DNA of 64,000 nucleotides from the NCBI RefSeq assembly GCF_009914755.1, contig NC_060933.1; one strand, written 5' to 3'. Numbering within the stretch: the first letter of the stretch is position 1; each line of letters begins with the position of its first letter. The notes beneath the pieces were generated by a model. The model was not told the origin of the DNA. It saw only the letters and a program-made list of their open reading frames with translations, and searched no databases. Below, piece by piece: positions 30,060 to 45,400 of the stretch. The stretch is from the human T2T-CHM13v2.0 reference genome, Homo sapiens. The translations under genes were made by a program, and so were the position numbers.

Positions 30060-31260
30060 TGGAATGGAATGGAATGGAATGGAATGCAATGGAATGGAAT
30101 CAACCCGAGTGCAATCGAATGGAATCGAATGGAATGGAATGCAATGGAATGGATTCAACTTGAATGGAATGGAAAGAATGGAATCAACACAAGTGGAATG
30201 GCATGGATTGGAATGGAATGGAATGGAATCAACCCGAGTACAGGGGAATGGAATGGAATGGAATGCAATGGAATGGAATCATCCGTAATGGAATGGAAAG
30301 GAATGGAATGGAATGGAATGGAATGGAATGGAATGGAATGGAATGGAATCAACTCGATTGCAATCGAATGGAATGGAATGGAATTAACCCGAATAGAATG
30401 GAATGGAATGGAATGGAACGGAACGGAACGGAACGGAACGGAATGGAATGGAATGGAATGGAACGGAAAGGAATGGAATTGAATGGAATGGAATGGAATG
30501 GAATGCAATCAACGCGAGTGCAGGGGAATGGAATGTAATGGAATGTAATGGAATGGAATCTTCCGGAATGGAATGGAATGGAATGCAATCAACCCGAGTG
30601 CAGGGGAATGGAATGTAATGGAATGTAATGGAATGGAATCTTCCGGAATGGAATGGAATGGAATGGAATCAACCCGAGTGCAATGGAATGGAGTGGAATG
30701 GAATGGAATGGAATGGAACAACCCGAATGGAATCGAATGTAATGGAGAGTAAGGGAGTTGAATAGAATCAATCCGAATGTAATGGAATGGAATGGAACGG
30801 AATGGAATTGAATGGAATGGAATGGAATGCAATGGAATGGAATCAACCCGAGTGCAATGGAATGGACAGGAATGGAATGGAATGGAGTGGAAACTACACG
30901 AATGGAATGGAATGTAATGAAGTGGAAGGGAATTGAATAGAATCAATCCGAATGTAATGGAATGGAATGGAACGGAATGGAATGGAATGGAATGGAATGG
31001 AATGGAATGCAATGGAATGGAATCAACCCAAGTGCAATCGAATGGAATCGAATGGAATGGACTGCAATGGAATGGATTCAACTTGAATGGAACGGAAAGA
31101 ATGGAATCAACACGAGTGGAATGGCATGCATTGGAATGGAATGGAATGGAATCAATCCGAGTACAGGGGAATGGAATGGAATGGAATGCAATGGAATGGA
31201 ATCATCCGTAATGGAATGGAAAGGAATGGAATGGAATGGAATGGAATGGAATGGAATGGA
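30060..31260 (+). repeat. Duplicated block; second copy at ~36300-37400 (offset 6232 then 6152)
   Basis: Shared CAACACAAGT (30185/36417), GTAATGAAGTGGAAGGG, GGACTGCAAT and GGCATGCATTGG. The offset change equals the 80-bp local duplication at 30505. Confidence 0.88.
30505..30664 (+). repeat. Local tandem duplication, 2 x 80 bp (duplicates an HSE)
   Basis: GCAATCAAC(G/C)CGAGTGCAGGGG...GTAATGGAATGTAAT...CTTCCGG starts at 30505 and 30585. Confidence 0.88.
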
Positions 31261-32599
31261 ATGGAATCAACACGATTGCAATCGAATGGAATGGAATGGA
31301 ATTAACCCGAATAGAATGGAATGGAATGGAATGGAACGGAACGGAATGGAATGGAATGGAAAGGAATGGAACGGAACGGAACGGAAGGGAATGGAATGGA
31401 ATGGAATGGAATGGAATGAAATCAACGCGAGTGCAGGGAGATGGAATGGAATGGAATGCAATGGAATGGAATTTTCCGGAATGGAATGGAATGGAACGGA
31501 ATGGAATGAAATGCAATGGATTCAACTCGATTGCAATGGAATGGAATAGAATGGAATGGAATGGAATGGAATGGAATTAACCCGAATAGAATGGAACGGA
31601 ATGCAATGGAACGGAATGGAACGGAATGGAATGGAAGGGAATGGAATGGAATGGTATGGAATGGAATGGAATGGTACGGAATAGAATGGAATGGAACGAA
31701 TTGTAATGGAATGGAATTGAATGGAATGGAATGGAATCAACGCGAGTGCAGGGGAATGTAATGGAACGGAATGCAATGGAATGGAATCATCCGGAATGGA
31801 ATGGAATGGAATGGAATGGAATGGAATGGAATCAAACCGAGTGCAATGGAATGGAGTGGAATGGAATGGAATAGAATGGAACAACCCGAATGGAATGGAA
31901 TGTAATGGAGAGTAAGGGAGTTGAATAGAATCAATCCGAATGTAATGGAATGGAATGCAACGGAATGGAATGGAATGGAATGGAATGGAATGGAATGGAA
32001 TGCAATGGAATGGAATCAACCCGAGTACAATGGAATGGAATGGAATGGAATGGAATGGAATGGAATGGAATGGAATGATACGGAATGGAATGGAATGGAA
32101 CGAAATGGAATGGAATGGAATGGAATGGAATGGAATGGAATGGAATGGAATGGAATCGTTCCGAGTGGAATAGGAGGGAATGTATTCGAGTGGAATGGAA
32201 AGGAATGGAAGCAACCAGAGTGGAATGGAAGGGAATGGAATGGAATGGAAACTAATAGAATGGAATCAACCCGAGTGGAATGGAATGGAAAGGACTGGAA
32301 TGGAATGGAATGGAATGGAATCAACTCGATTGTAATGGAATGGAATGGAATGGAATGGAATGGAATGGAATGGAATGGAATTAACCCGAATACAATGGAA
32401 TGGAATGGAATGGAACGGAATGGAGTGGAATGGAATGGAATCAACCCGAGTGCAGGGGAATGGAATGGAATGCAATGCAATGGAATGGAATCATCCGGAA
32501 TGGAATGGAATGGAATGCAAAGCAATGGAATCAACTCGATTGCAATGGAATGGAAAGGAATGGAAAGGAATACATTGGAATCAACCCGAGTGGAATGGA

Positions 32600-32775
32600 A
32601 TGGAAAGGCTGGAAAGGAGTGGAATGGAATGGAATGGAATGGAATGGAATGCAATGGAATCAAATTGATTGGAATGGAATGGAATGGAATGGAAAGGACT
32701 GGATAGGAGTGGAATGGAATGGAATGGAATGGAATGGAATGCAATGGAATCAAATTGATTGGAATGGAATGGAAT
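32600..32775 (+). repeat. Local tandem duplication, ~2 x 90 bp
   Basis: GCAATGGAATCAAATTGATTGG occurs with CAAATTGATT at 32661 and 32751. Confidence 0.85.
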
Positions 32776-35700
32776 GGAAAGGAATGGAATGGAATGGAAT
32801 GGAATTAACCCCAATAGAAAGGAATGGAATGGAATGGAACGGAACGGAATGGAATGGAATGGAATGGAATGGAATGGAATGGAATCAACCCGACTACAGG
32901 GGAATGGAATGGAATGGAATGCAATGGAATGGATTCAACTTGAATGGAATGGAAAGAATGGAATCAACAGGAGTGGAATGGCATGGATTGGAATGGAATG
33001 GAATGGAATTAACCCGAGTACAGGGGAATGGAATGGAATGGAATGCAATGGAATGGAATCATCCATAATGGAATGGAAAGGAATGGAATGGAATGGAATG
33101 GAATGGAATGGAATGGAATCAACTCGATTGCAATCGAATGGAATGGAATGGAATTAACCCGAATAGAATGGAATAGAATGGAATGGAACGGAACGGAACG
33201 GAACGGAATGGAATGGAATGGAATGGAATGGAATCTTCCAGAATGGAATGGAATGGAATGGAATGGAATGGAATGGAATAAACCCGAGTGCAATGGAATG
33301 GAGTGGAATGGAATGGAATGGAATGGAACAACCCGAATGGAATGTAATGTAATGGAGACTAAGGGAGTTGAATAGAATCAATCCGAATGTAATGGAATGG
33401 AATGGAACGGAATGGAATTGAATGGAATGGAATGGAATGGAATGCAATGGAATGGAATCAACCCGAGTGCAATGGAATGGAGAGGAATGGAATGGAATGG
33501 AATGGAAACTACCCGAATGGAATGGAATGTAATGGAGTGTAAGGGAATTGAATAGAATCAATCCGAATGTAATGGAATGGAAAGGAACGGAATGGAATGG
33601 AATGGAATGGAATGCAATGGAATGGAATCAACCCGTGTGCAATCGAATGGAATCGAATGGAATGGAATGCAATGGAATGGATTCAACTTGAATGGAATGG
33701 AAAGAATGGAATCAACACGAGTGGAAGGACATGGATTGGAATGCAATGGAATGGAATCAACCCGAGTACAGGGGAATGGAATGGAATGGAATGCAATGGA
33801 ATGGAATCATCCGTAATGGAATGGAAAGGAATGGAATGGAAGGGAATGGAAAGGAATGGAATGGAATGGAATGGAATCAACACGATTGCAATCGAATGGA
33901 ATGGAATGGAATTAACCCGAATAGAATGGAATGGAATGGAATGGAACGGAACGGAATGGAATGGAATGGAATGGAATGGAACGGAACGGAACGGAACGGA
34001 ATGGAATGGAATGGAATGGAATGGAATGGAATGGAATCAACGCGAGTGCAGGGAGATGGAATGGAATGAAATGCAATGGAATGGAATCTTCCGGAATGGA
34101 ATGGAATGGAATGGAATGGAATGAAATGCAATGGATTCAACTCGATTGCAATGGAATGGAATAGAATGGAATGGAATGGAATGAAATGGAATTAACCCGA
34201 ATAGAATGGAATGGAATGGAATGGAACGGAACGGAACGGAATGGAATGGAATGGAATGGAATGGAATGGAATGGAATGGAATGGTATGGAATGGAATGGA
34301 ATGGTACGGAATAGAATGGAATGGAACGAATTGTAATGGAATGGAATTGAATGGAATGGAATGGAGTGGAATGGAATCAACGCGAGTGCAGGGGAATGTA
34401 ATGGAACAGAATGCAATGGAATGGAATCATCCGGAATGGAATGGAATGGAATGGAATGGAATGGAATCAACCCGAGTGCAATGGAATGGAGTGGAATGGA
34501 ATGGAATGGAATGGAATGGAATAACCCGAATGGAATGGAATGTAATGGAGAGTAAGGGAGTTGTATAGAATCAATCCGAATGTAATGGAATGGAATGCAA
34601 CGGAATGGAATGGAATGGAATGGAATGCAAAGGAATGGAATCAACCCGAGTGGAATGGCATGGAATGGAATGCAATGGAATGGAATGGAATGGAATCAAC
34701 TCGAGTGGAAAGGAATGGAATGGAATGGAAAGGAATGGAATGAAATCAACTCGAGTGGAATGGAATGGAATGGAATAGATCGGAATGGATTGCAACGGAA
34801 TGAAATGGAATGGAATGGAATGGAATCAATCATTCCGAGTGTAATGTAAGGGAATATAATGGAGTGGAAAGAAGGGAATGGAATCAACCCGATTGGAATG
34901 CAAGGCAATGGAATGGAATGGAAAGGAATGGAATGGAATCAACTCGATTGCAATGGAATGGAATGGAATGGAATGGAATGGAATGGAATGGAATTAACCG
35001 GAAGAGAATGGAATGCAATAGAATGGAACGGAATGGAATGGAATGGAAGGTAATGGAATCAACACGAGTGCAGGGGAATGGAATGGAATGGAATGCAATG
35101 GAATGGAATCATCCGGAATGGAATGGAGTTGAATGGAATCAACTCCATTGCAATGGAATGGAATGGAATGGAATGGAATAGAATGGAATTGAATTAACCC
35201 GAATAGAATGGAATGCAATAGAATGGAATGGAACAGAACCGAATGGAGTGGAATGGAATGGAATGGAATCAACCTGAGTGCAGGGGAATGGAATGGAATG
35301 GAATGCAATGGAATGGAATCATCCGGAATGGAATGGAATGAAATGGAATGGAATCAAACCGACTGCAATGGAATGGAGTGAAATGGAATGGAATGCAATG
35401 GAAACAACCAGAATGGATTGGAATATAATGGAGTGTAAGGGAATTGAATAGAATCAATCTGAATGTAATGAAATGGAATCGAACGGAATGGAATGTAATG
35501 GAATGGAATCGAATGGAATGGAATGGAATGGAATCAACCCGATTGCAATGGAATGGATTCGAATGGAATGGAATGGAGTGGATTGGATTCTACCCGCATG
35601 GAATGGAAAGGAATGGAATCAACCCGAGTGGAATGGCATGGAATGGAATGGAATGGAATGGAATGGAATGGAATGGTTCGGAATAGAATGGATTGGAACA

Positions 35701-38700
35701 AAAAGGAATGGAATGGAATGGAATGGAATGGAATGGAATGGAATGGAATGGAATGGAATCAAGTCGATTGCAATGTAATAGAATGGAATGGAATGGAACG
35801 GATTGGAATGGAATGGAATGGAATGGAATGGAATTAAATGGAATGGAATGGAATGGAATCAACCCGAGTGAAGGGGAAAGGAATGGAATGGAATGCAATG
35901 GAAAGGAATGGAATGGACTGGAATGGAATGGAATGGAATCAACCCGAGTGGAATGGCATGGAATGGAATGCAATGGAATGGAATGGAATGGAATCAACTC
36001 GAGTGGAAAGGAATGGAATGAAATGGAAAGCAATGGAATGAAATCAACTCGAGTGGAATGGAATGGAATGGAATGGATTGGAATGGATTGCAATGGAATG
36101 AAATGGAATGGAATGGAATGGAATCAATCATTCCGAGTGGAATGGAAGGGAATGTAATGGAGTGGAAAGAAGGGAATGGAATCAACCCGAGTGGAATGCA
36201 AGGCAATGGAATGAAATGGAAAGGAATGGAATGTAATCAACTCGATTACAATGGAATGGAATGGAATGAAATGGAATGGAAAGGAATGGAATGGAATGAA
36301 ATGGAATGGAATGGAGTGCAATGGAATGGAATCAACCCGAGTGCAATCGAATGGAATCGAATGGAATGGAATGCAATGGAATGGATTCAACTTGAATGGA
36401 ATGGAAAGAATGGAATCAACACAAGTGGAATGGCATGGATTGGAATGGAATGGAATGGAATCAACCCGAGTACAGGGGAATGGAATGGAATGGAATGCAA
36501 TGGAATGGAATCATCTGTAATGGAATGGAAAGGAATGGAATGGAATGGAATGGAATGGAATGGAATGGAATGGAATGGAATCAACTCGATTGCAATCGAA
36601 TGGAATGGAATGGAATTAACCCGAATAGAATGGAATGGAATGGAATGGAACGGAACGGAACAGAACGGAACGGAATGGAATGGAATGGAATGGAACGGAA
36701 AGGAATGGAATTGAATGGAATGGAATGGAATGGAATGCAATCAACGCGAGTGCAGGGGAATGGAATGTACTGGAATGTAATGGAATGGAATCTTCCGGAA
36801 TGGAATGGAATGGAATGGAATCAACCCGAGTGCAATGGAATGGAGTGGAATGGAATGGAATGGAATGGAACAACCCGAATGGAATCGAATGTAATGGAGA
36901 GTAAGGGAGTTGAATAGAATCAATCCGAATGTAATGGAATGGAATGGAACGGAATGGAATTGAATGGAATGGAATGGAATGCAATGGAATGGAATCAACC
37001 CGAGTGCAATGGAATGGAGAGGAATGGAATGGAATGGAGTGGAAACTACACGAATGGAATGGAATGTAATGAAGTGGAAGGGAATTGAATAGAATCAATC
37101 CGAATGTAATGGAATGGAATGGAACGGAATGGAATGGAATGGAATGGAATGGAATGGAATGCAATGGAATGGAATCAACCCAAGTGCAATCGAATGGAAT
37201 CGAATGGAATGGACTGCAATGGAATGGATTCAACTTGAATGGAACGGAAAGAATGGAATCAACACGAGTGGAATGGCATGCATTGGAATGGAATGGAATG
37301 GAATCAACCCGAGTACAGGGGAATGGAATGGAATGGAATGCAATGGAATGGAATCATCCGTAATGGAATGGAAAGGAATGGAATGGAATGGAATGGAATG
37401 GAATCAACTCGATTGCAATCGAATGGAATGGAATGGAATTAACCCGAATAGAATGGAATGGAATGGAATGGAACGGAACGGAATGGAATGGAATGGAGTG
37501 GAATGGAATGGAACGGAAAGGAAGGGAATGGAATGGAATAGAATGGAATGGAATGGAATCAACGCGAGTGAAGGGGAATGGAATGGAATGGAATGCAATG
37601 GAATGGAATCTTCCGGAATGGAATGGAATGGAATGGAATGGAATGGAATGGAATCAACCCGAGTGCAATGGAATGGAGTGGAATGGAATGGAATGGAATG
37701 GAACAACCCGAATGGAATGGAATGTAATGGAGAGTAATGGAGTTGAATAGAATCAATCCGAATGTAATGGAATGGAATGGAACGGAATGGAATTTAATGG
37801 AATGGAATGGAATGCAATGGAATGGAATCAACCCGAGTGCAATGGAAGGGAGAGGAATGGAATGGAATGGAATGGAAACTACCCGAATGGAATGGAATGT
37901 AATGGAGTGTAAGGGAATTGAATAGAATCAATCCGAATATAATGGAATGGAATGGAACGGAATGGAATGGAATGGAATTAATCCGAATAGAATGCAATGG
38001 AATGGAATGGAACGGAATGGAACGGAATGGAATGGAATGGAATGGAATGGAATGGTATGGAATGGAATGGAATGGTACGGAATAGAATGGAATGGAACGA
38101 ATTGTAATGGAATGGAATTGAATGGAATGGAATGGAATGGAATGGAATCAACGCGAGTGCAGGGGAATGTAATGGAACGGAATGCAATGGAATGGAATCA
38201 TCCGGAATGGAATGGAATGGAATGGAATGGAGTCACCCCGAGTGCAATGGAATGGAGTGGAATGGAATGGAATGGAATGGAACAACCCGAATGGAGTGGA
38301 ATGTAATGGAAAGTAAGGGAGTTGAATAGAATCAATCCGAATGTAATGGAATGGAATGCAACGGAATGGAATGGAATGGAATGGAATGGAATGCAATGGA
38401 ATGGAATCAACCCGAGTACCATGGAATGGAATGGAATGAAATGGAATGATACGGAATAGAATGGAATGGAACGAAATGGAATGGAATGGAATGGAATGGA
38501 ATGGAATGGAATGGAATGGAATCGTTCCGAGTGGAATAGGAGGGAATGTATTCGAGTGGAATGGAAAGGAATGGTATCAACCAGAGTGGAATGGAAGGGA
38601 ATGGAATGGAATGGAAACTAATAGAATGGAATCAACCTGAGTGGAATGGAATGGAAAGGACTGGAATGGAATGGAATGGAATGGAATCAACTCGATTGTA

Positions 38701-41700
38701 ATGGAATGGAATGGAATGGAATGGAATGGAATGGAATGGAATGGAACGGAATCAACGCGAGTGCAGGGGAATGTAATGGAATGGAATGCAATCTTCCGGA
38801 ATGGAATGGAATGGAATGGAATGGAATGGAATGGAATGCAATGGAATGGAATCTTCCGGAATGCAATGGAATGGAATGGAATGGAATGGAATGGAATGCA
38901 ATGGATTCAACTCGATTGCAATGGAATGCAATAGAATGGAATGGAATGGAATGGAATGGAATGGAATGGAATGGAACGGAACAGAACGGAACGGAACGGA
39001 ACGGAGTGGAATGGAATGGAATGGAATTGTATGGAATGGAATGGAATGGTACGGAATAGAATGGAATGGAAAGAATTGGAATGGAATGGAATCGAATGGA
39101 ATGGAATGGAATGGAATGGAATCAACCCGAGTGCAGGGGAATGTAATGGAACGGAATGCAATGGAATGGAATCATCCGGAATGGAATGGAATGGAATGGA
39201 ATGGAATGGAATGGAATGGAATGGAATCAACCCGAGCGCAATGGAATGGAGTGGAATGGAATGGAATGGAATGGAACAACCCGAATGGAATGGAATGTAA
39301 TGGAGTGTAAGGGAATTGAATAGAATCAATCCGAATGTAATGGAATGGAATGGAACGGAATGGAATGGAATGGAATGGAATGGAACAACCCGAATGGAAT
39401 GGAATGTAATGGAGAGTTAGGGAGTTGAATAGAATCAATCCGAATGGAATGGAATGGATTGGAATGGAATGGAATGGAATGGAATGGAATGGAATGCAAT
39501 GGAATGGAATGGAATGGAATTAACCCGAATACAATGGAATGGAATGGAATGGAAAGGAATGGAGTGGAATGGAATGGAATCAACACGAGTGCAGGGGAAT
39601 GGAATGGAATGGAATGCAATGGAATGGAATCATCCGGAATGGAATGGAATGGAATGGAATTGAAAGCAATGGAATCAACTCGATTGCAATGGAATGGAAT
39701 GGAATGGAAAGGAATACATTGGAATCAACCCGAGTGGAGTGGAATGGAAAGGACTGGAATGGAGTGGAATGGAATGGAATGGAATGGAATGGAATCAACT
39801 CGATTGGAATGGAATGGAATGGAATGGAATGGAATGGAATTAACCCAAATAGAATGGAATGGAATGGAATGGAACGGAACGGAACGGAACGGAACGGAAT
39901 GGAATGGAATGGAATGGAATGGAATGGAATGGAATCAACCCGACTGCAGGGGAATGGAATGGAATGGAATGCAACGGAATAGATTCAACTTGAATGGAAT
40001 GGAAAGAATGGAATCAACACGAGTGGAATGGCATGGATTGGAATGGAATGGAATGGAATAAACACGAGTACAGGGGAATGGAATGGAATGGAATGCAATG
40101 GAATGGAATCATCCGTAATGGAATGGAAAGGAATGGAATAGAATGGAATGGAATGGAATGGAATGGAATGGAATCATCCGTAATGGAATGGAAAGGAATG
40201 GAATGGAATGGAATGGAATGGAATGGAATGGAATGGAATGGAATACAATGGAATGGAATCAACCCGAGTGCAATCGAATGGAATCGAATGGAATGGAATG
40301 CAATGGAATGGATTCAACTTGAATGGAATGGAAAGAATGGAATCAATACGAGTGGAATGGCATGGATTGGAATGGAATGGAATGGAATCAACCCGAGTAC
40401 AGGGGAATGGAATGGAATGGAATGCAATGGAATGGAATCATCCGTAATGTAATGGAAAGGAATGGAATGGAACGGAATGGAATGGAATGGAATGGAATGG
40501 AATCAACTGGATTGCAATCGAATGGAATGGAATGGAATTAACCCAAATAGAATGGAATGGAATGGAATGGAACGGAACGGAATGGAATGCAATGGAATGG
40601 AATAGAATGGAATGGAACGGAACGGAACGGAATGGAATGGAATGGAATGGAATGGAATGGAATCAACGCGAGTGCAGGGAAATGGAATGGTATGGAATGC
40701 AATGGAATGGAATCTTCCGGAATGGAATGGAATGGAATGGAATGGCATGAAATGCAATGGATTCAACTCGATTGCAATAGAATGGAATAGAATGGAATGG
40801 AATGGAATGGAATGCAATTAACCCGAATAGAATGGAATGGAATGGAATGGAACGGAATGGAACGGAATGGAATGGAATGGAATGGAATGGAATGGTATGG
40901 AATGGAATGGAATGGAATCAACCCGAGTGCAATGGAATGGAGTGGAATGGAATGGAATGGAATGGAACAACACGAATGGAATGGAATGTAATGGAGAGTA
41001 AGGGAGTTGAATAGAATCAGTCCGAATGTAATGGAATGGAATGCAACGGAATGGAATGGAATGGAATGGAATGGAATGGAATGGAATGGAATGGAATCAA
41101 CCCGAGTAAAATGGAATGGAATGGAATGGAATGGAATGGAATGGAATGGAATGGAATGGAATTGAATGGAATGGAATGCCTTCAAACCGAATGGAATGGA
41201 AAGGAATGGAATCAACAAGAGTGGAATGGAATGGAATGGAATGGAAAGGAATGGAATGGAATGGAATGGTACGGAATAGAATGGAATGGAACGAAATGGA
41301 ATGGAATGGAATGGAATGGAATGGAATGGAATGGAATGGAATGGAATGGAATCGATCCGAGTGGAATAGGAGGGAATGTATTCGATTGGAATGGAAAGGA
41401 ATGGAATCAACCAGAGTGGAATGGAAGGGAATGGAATGGAATGGAAACTAATAGAATGGAATCAACCTGAGTGGAATGGAATGGAAAGGACTGGAATGGA
41501 ATGGAATGGAATGGAATGGAATGGAATGGAATCAACTCGATTGTAATAGAATGGAATGGAATGGAATGGAATGGAATGGAATGGCATGGAATGGAATTAA
41601 CCCGAATACAATGGAATGGAATGGAATGGAACGGAATGGAGTGGAATGGAATGGAATCAACCCGAGTGCAGGGGAATGGAATGGAATGGAATGCAATGGA

Positions 41701-42139
41701 ATGGCATCATCCGGAATCGAATGGAATGGAATGGAATGCAAAGCAATTGAATCAACTCGATTGCAATGGAATGGAATGGAATGGAAAGGAATAGAATGGA
41801 ATCAACCCGAGTGGAATGGAATGGAAAGGACTGGAATGGAGTGGAATGGAATGGAATGGAATGGAATGCAATCAACTCGATTGGAATGGAATGGAATGGA
41901 ATGGAATGGAATGGAATGGAATGGAATCAACTCGATTGCAATCGAATGGAATGGAATGGAATTAACCCGAACAGAATGGAATGCAATGGAATGGAACGGA
42001 ACGGAATGGAATGGAATGGAATGGAATGAAATGGAACGGAACGGAACGGAATGGAATGGAATGGAATGGAAAGGAATCATCGCGAGTGCAGGGGAATGGA
42101 ATGGAATGGAATGCAATGGAATGGAATCTTCCGGAATGG

Positions 42140-42260
42140 AATGGAATGGAATGGAATGGAATGAAATGCAATGGATTCAACTCGATTGCAATGGAATGGA
42201 ATGGAATGGAATGGAATGGAATGAAATGCAATGGATTCAACTCGATTGCAATGGAATGGA
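42140..42260 (+). repeat. Local tandem duplication, 2 x 60 bp
   Basis: ATGAAATGCAATGGATTCAACTCGATTGCAATGG starts at 42161 and 42221. Confidence 0.88.
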
Positions 42261-42459
42261 CTAGACTGGAATGGAATGGAATGGAATGGAATGGAATGGA
42301 ATTAACCCGAATAGAATGGAATGGAATGGAATGGAACGGAATGGAACGGAATGGAATGGAATGGAATGGAATGGTATGGAATGGAATGGAATGGTACGGA
42401 ATAGAATGGAATGGAACGAATTGTAATGGAATGGAATTGAATGGAATGGAATGGAATGG

Positions 42460-45400
42460 AATGGAATGGAATCAACGCGAGTGCAGGGGAATGTAATGGA
42501 ACGGAATGCAATGGAATGGAATCATCCGGAATGGAATGGAATGGAATGGAATGGAATGGAATGGAATCAACCCGAGTGCAATGGAATGGAGTGGAATGGA
42601 ATGGAATGGAATGGAACAACCCGAATGGAATGGAATGGAATGGAGAGTAAGGGAGTTGAATAGAATCAATCCGAATGTAATGGAATGGAATGCAACGGAT
42701 TGGAATGGAATGGAATGGAATGGAATGCAATGGAATGGAATCAACCCGAGTACAATGGAATGGAATGGAATGGAATGGAATGGAATGGAATGGAATGGAA
42801 AGCCTTCAAACCGAATGGAATGGAAAGGAATGGAATCAACACGAATGGAATGGAATGGAATGGAATGGAATGGAATGGAATGGAATGATACGGAATAGAA
42901 TGTAATGGAACGAAATGGAATGGAATGGAATGGAATGGAATGGAATGGAATGAAATGGAATGGAATCGTTCCGAGTGGAATAGGAGGGAATGTATTCGAG
43001 TGGAATGGAAAGGAATGGAATCAACCAGAGTGGAATGGAAGGGAATGGAATGGAATGGAAACTAATAGAATGGAATCAACCCGAGTGGAATGCAATGGAA
43101 AGGACTGGAATGGAATGGAATGGAATGGAATGGAATGGAATGGAATCAACTCGATTGGAATGGAATGGAATGGAATGGAATGGAATGGAATGGAATTAAC
43201 CCGAATACAATGGAATGGAATGGAATGCAACGGAATGGAGTGGAACGGAATGGAATCAACCCGAGTGCAGGGGAATGCAATGGAATGGAATGCAATGGAA
43301 TGGAGTCATCCGGAATGGAATGGAATGGAATGGAATGCAAAGCAATGGAATCAACTCGATTGCAATGGAATGGAATGGAATGGAAAGGAATACATTGGAA
43401 TCAACCCGAGTGGAATGGAATGGAAAGGACTGGAATGGAGTGGAATGTAATCGAATGGAATGGAATGGAATCAACTCGATTGGAATGGAATGGAATGGAA
43501 TGGAATGGAATGGAATGGAATGGAATTAACCCGAATAGAATGGAATGGAATGGAATGGAACGGAACGGAACGGAACGGAACGGAATGGAATGGAATGGAA
43601 TGGAATGGAATGGAATGGAATCAACCCGACTACAGGGGAATGGAATGGAATGGAAAGCAATGGAATGGATTCAACTTGAATGGAATGGAAAGAATGGAAT
43701 CAACACGAGTGGAAGGGCATGGATTGGAATGGAATGGAATGGAATCAACCCGAGTACAGGGGAAAGCAATGGAATGGAATGCAATGGAATGGAATCATCC
43801 GTAATGGAATGGAAAGGCATGGAATGGAATGGAATGGAATGGAATGGAATGGCATGCAATCAACTCGATTGCAATCGAATGGAATGGAATGGAATTAACC
43901 CGAATAGAATGGAATGGAATGGAATGGAACAGAACGGAACGGAATGGAATGGAATGGAATGGAATGGAATGGAACGGAACGGAAAGGAATTGAATGGAAT
44001 GGAATGGACTGGAATGGAATGGAATCAACGTGAGTGCAGGGGAATGGAATGGAATGGAATGCAATGGAATGGAATCTTCCGGAATGGAATGGAATGGAAT
44101 GGAATGGAATGGAATTGAATGGAATCAACCTGAGTGCGATGGAATGGAGTGGAATGGAATGGAATGGAATGGAACAACCCGAATGGAATCGAATGTAATG
44201 GAGAGTAAGGGAGTTGAATAGAATCAATCCGAATGTAATGGAATGGAATGGAACGGAATGGAATTGAATGGTATGGAATGGAATGCAATGGAATGGAATC
44301 AACCCGAGTGCAATGGAATGGAGAGGAATGGAATGGAATGGAATGGAAACTACCCGAAAGGAATGGAATGTAATGGAGTGTAAGGGAATTGAATAGAATC
44401 AATCCGAATGTAATGGAATGGAATGGAACGGAATGGAATGGAATGGAATGGAATGGAATGGAATGGAATGGAATGCAATGGAATGGAATCAACCCGAATG
44501 CAATCGAATGGAATCGAATGGAATGGAATGCAATGGAATGGATTCAACTTGAATGGAATGGAAACAATGGAATCAATACGAGTGGAATGGCATGGATTGG
44601 AATGGAATGGAATGGAATCAACCCGAGTACAGGGGAATGGAATGGAATGGAATGCAATGGAATGGAATCATCCGTAATGTAATGGAAAGGAATGGAATGG
44701 AATGGAATGGAATGGAATGGAATGGAATGGAATCAACTCGATTGCAATCGAATGGAATGGAATGGAATTAACCCAAATAGAATGGAATGGAATGGAATGG
44801 AACGGAACGGAATGGAATGGAATGGAATGGAATGGAATGGAATCAACGCGAGTGCAGGGGAATGTAATGGAACTGAATGCAGTGGAATGGAATCATCCGG
44901 AATGGAATGGAATGGAATGGAATGGAATGGAATCAACCCGAGTACAATGGAATGGAGTGGAATGGAATGGAATGGAATGGAACAACCCGAATGGAATGGA
45001 ATGTAATGGAGAGTAAGGGAGTTGAATAGAATCAATCCGAATGTAATGGAATGGAATGCAATGGATTGGAATGGAATGGAATGGAATGGAATGCAATGGA
45101 ATGGAATCAACCCGAGTACAATGGAATGGAATGGAATGGAATGGAATGGAAAGCCTTCAAACCGAATGGAATGGAAAGGAATGGAATCAACACGAGTGGA
45201 ATGGAATGGAATGGAATGGAATGGAATGGAATGGAATGGAATGATACGGAATAGAATGGAATGGAACGAAATGGAATGGAATGGAATGGAATGGAATGGA
45301 ATGGAATGAAATGGAATGGAATCGTTCCGAGTGGAATAGGAGGGAATGTATTCGAGTGGAATGGAAAGGAATGGAATCAACCAGAGTGGAATGGAAGGGA

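Larger units (their letters stand above)
27900..33600 (+). repeat. Near-tandem duplication with ~3.58 kb offset (~27900-30050 vs ~31500-33600)
   Basis: Shared GGAAGCAACCAGAG (28623/32207), CAAATTGATTGG (29083/32661), AACCCCAATAGAAAGG, CTTCCAGAA and GGAGACTAAGG. Confidence 0.8.

Noticed and set aside
27900-33600. 3.58-kb offset suggesting the Y-chromosome DYZ1 unit
   Set aside because: The offset applies to one pair only; the window is not a regular tandem of a 3.56-kb unit. Chromosome assignment needs a search.
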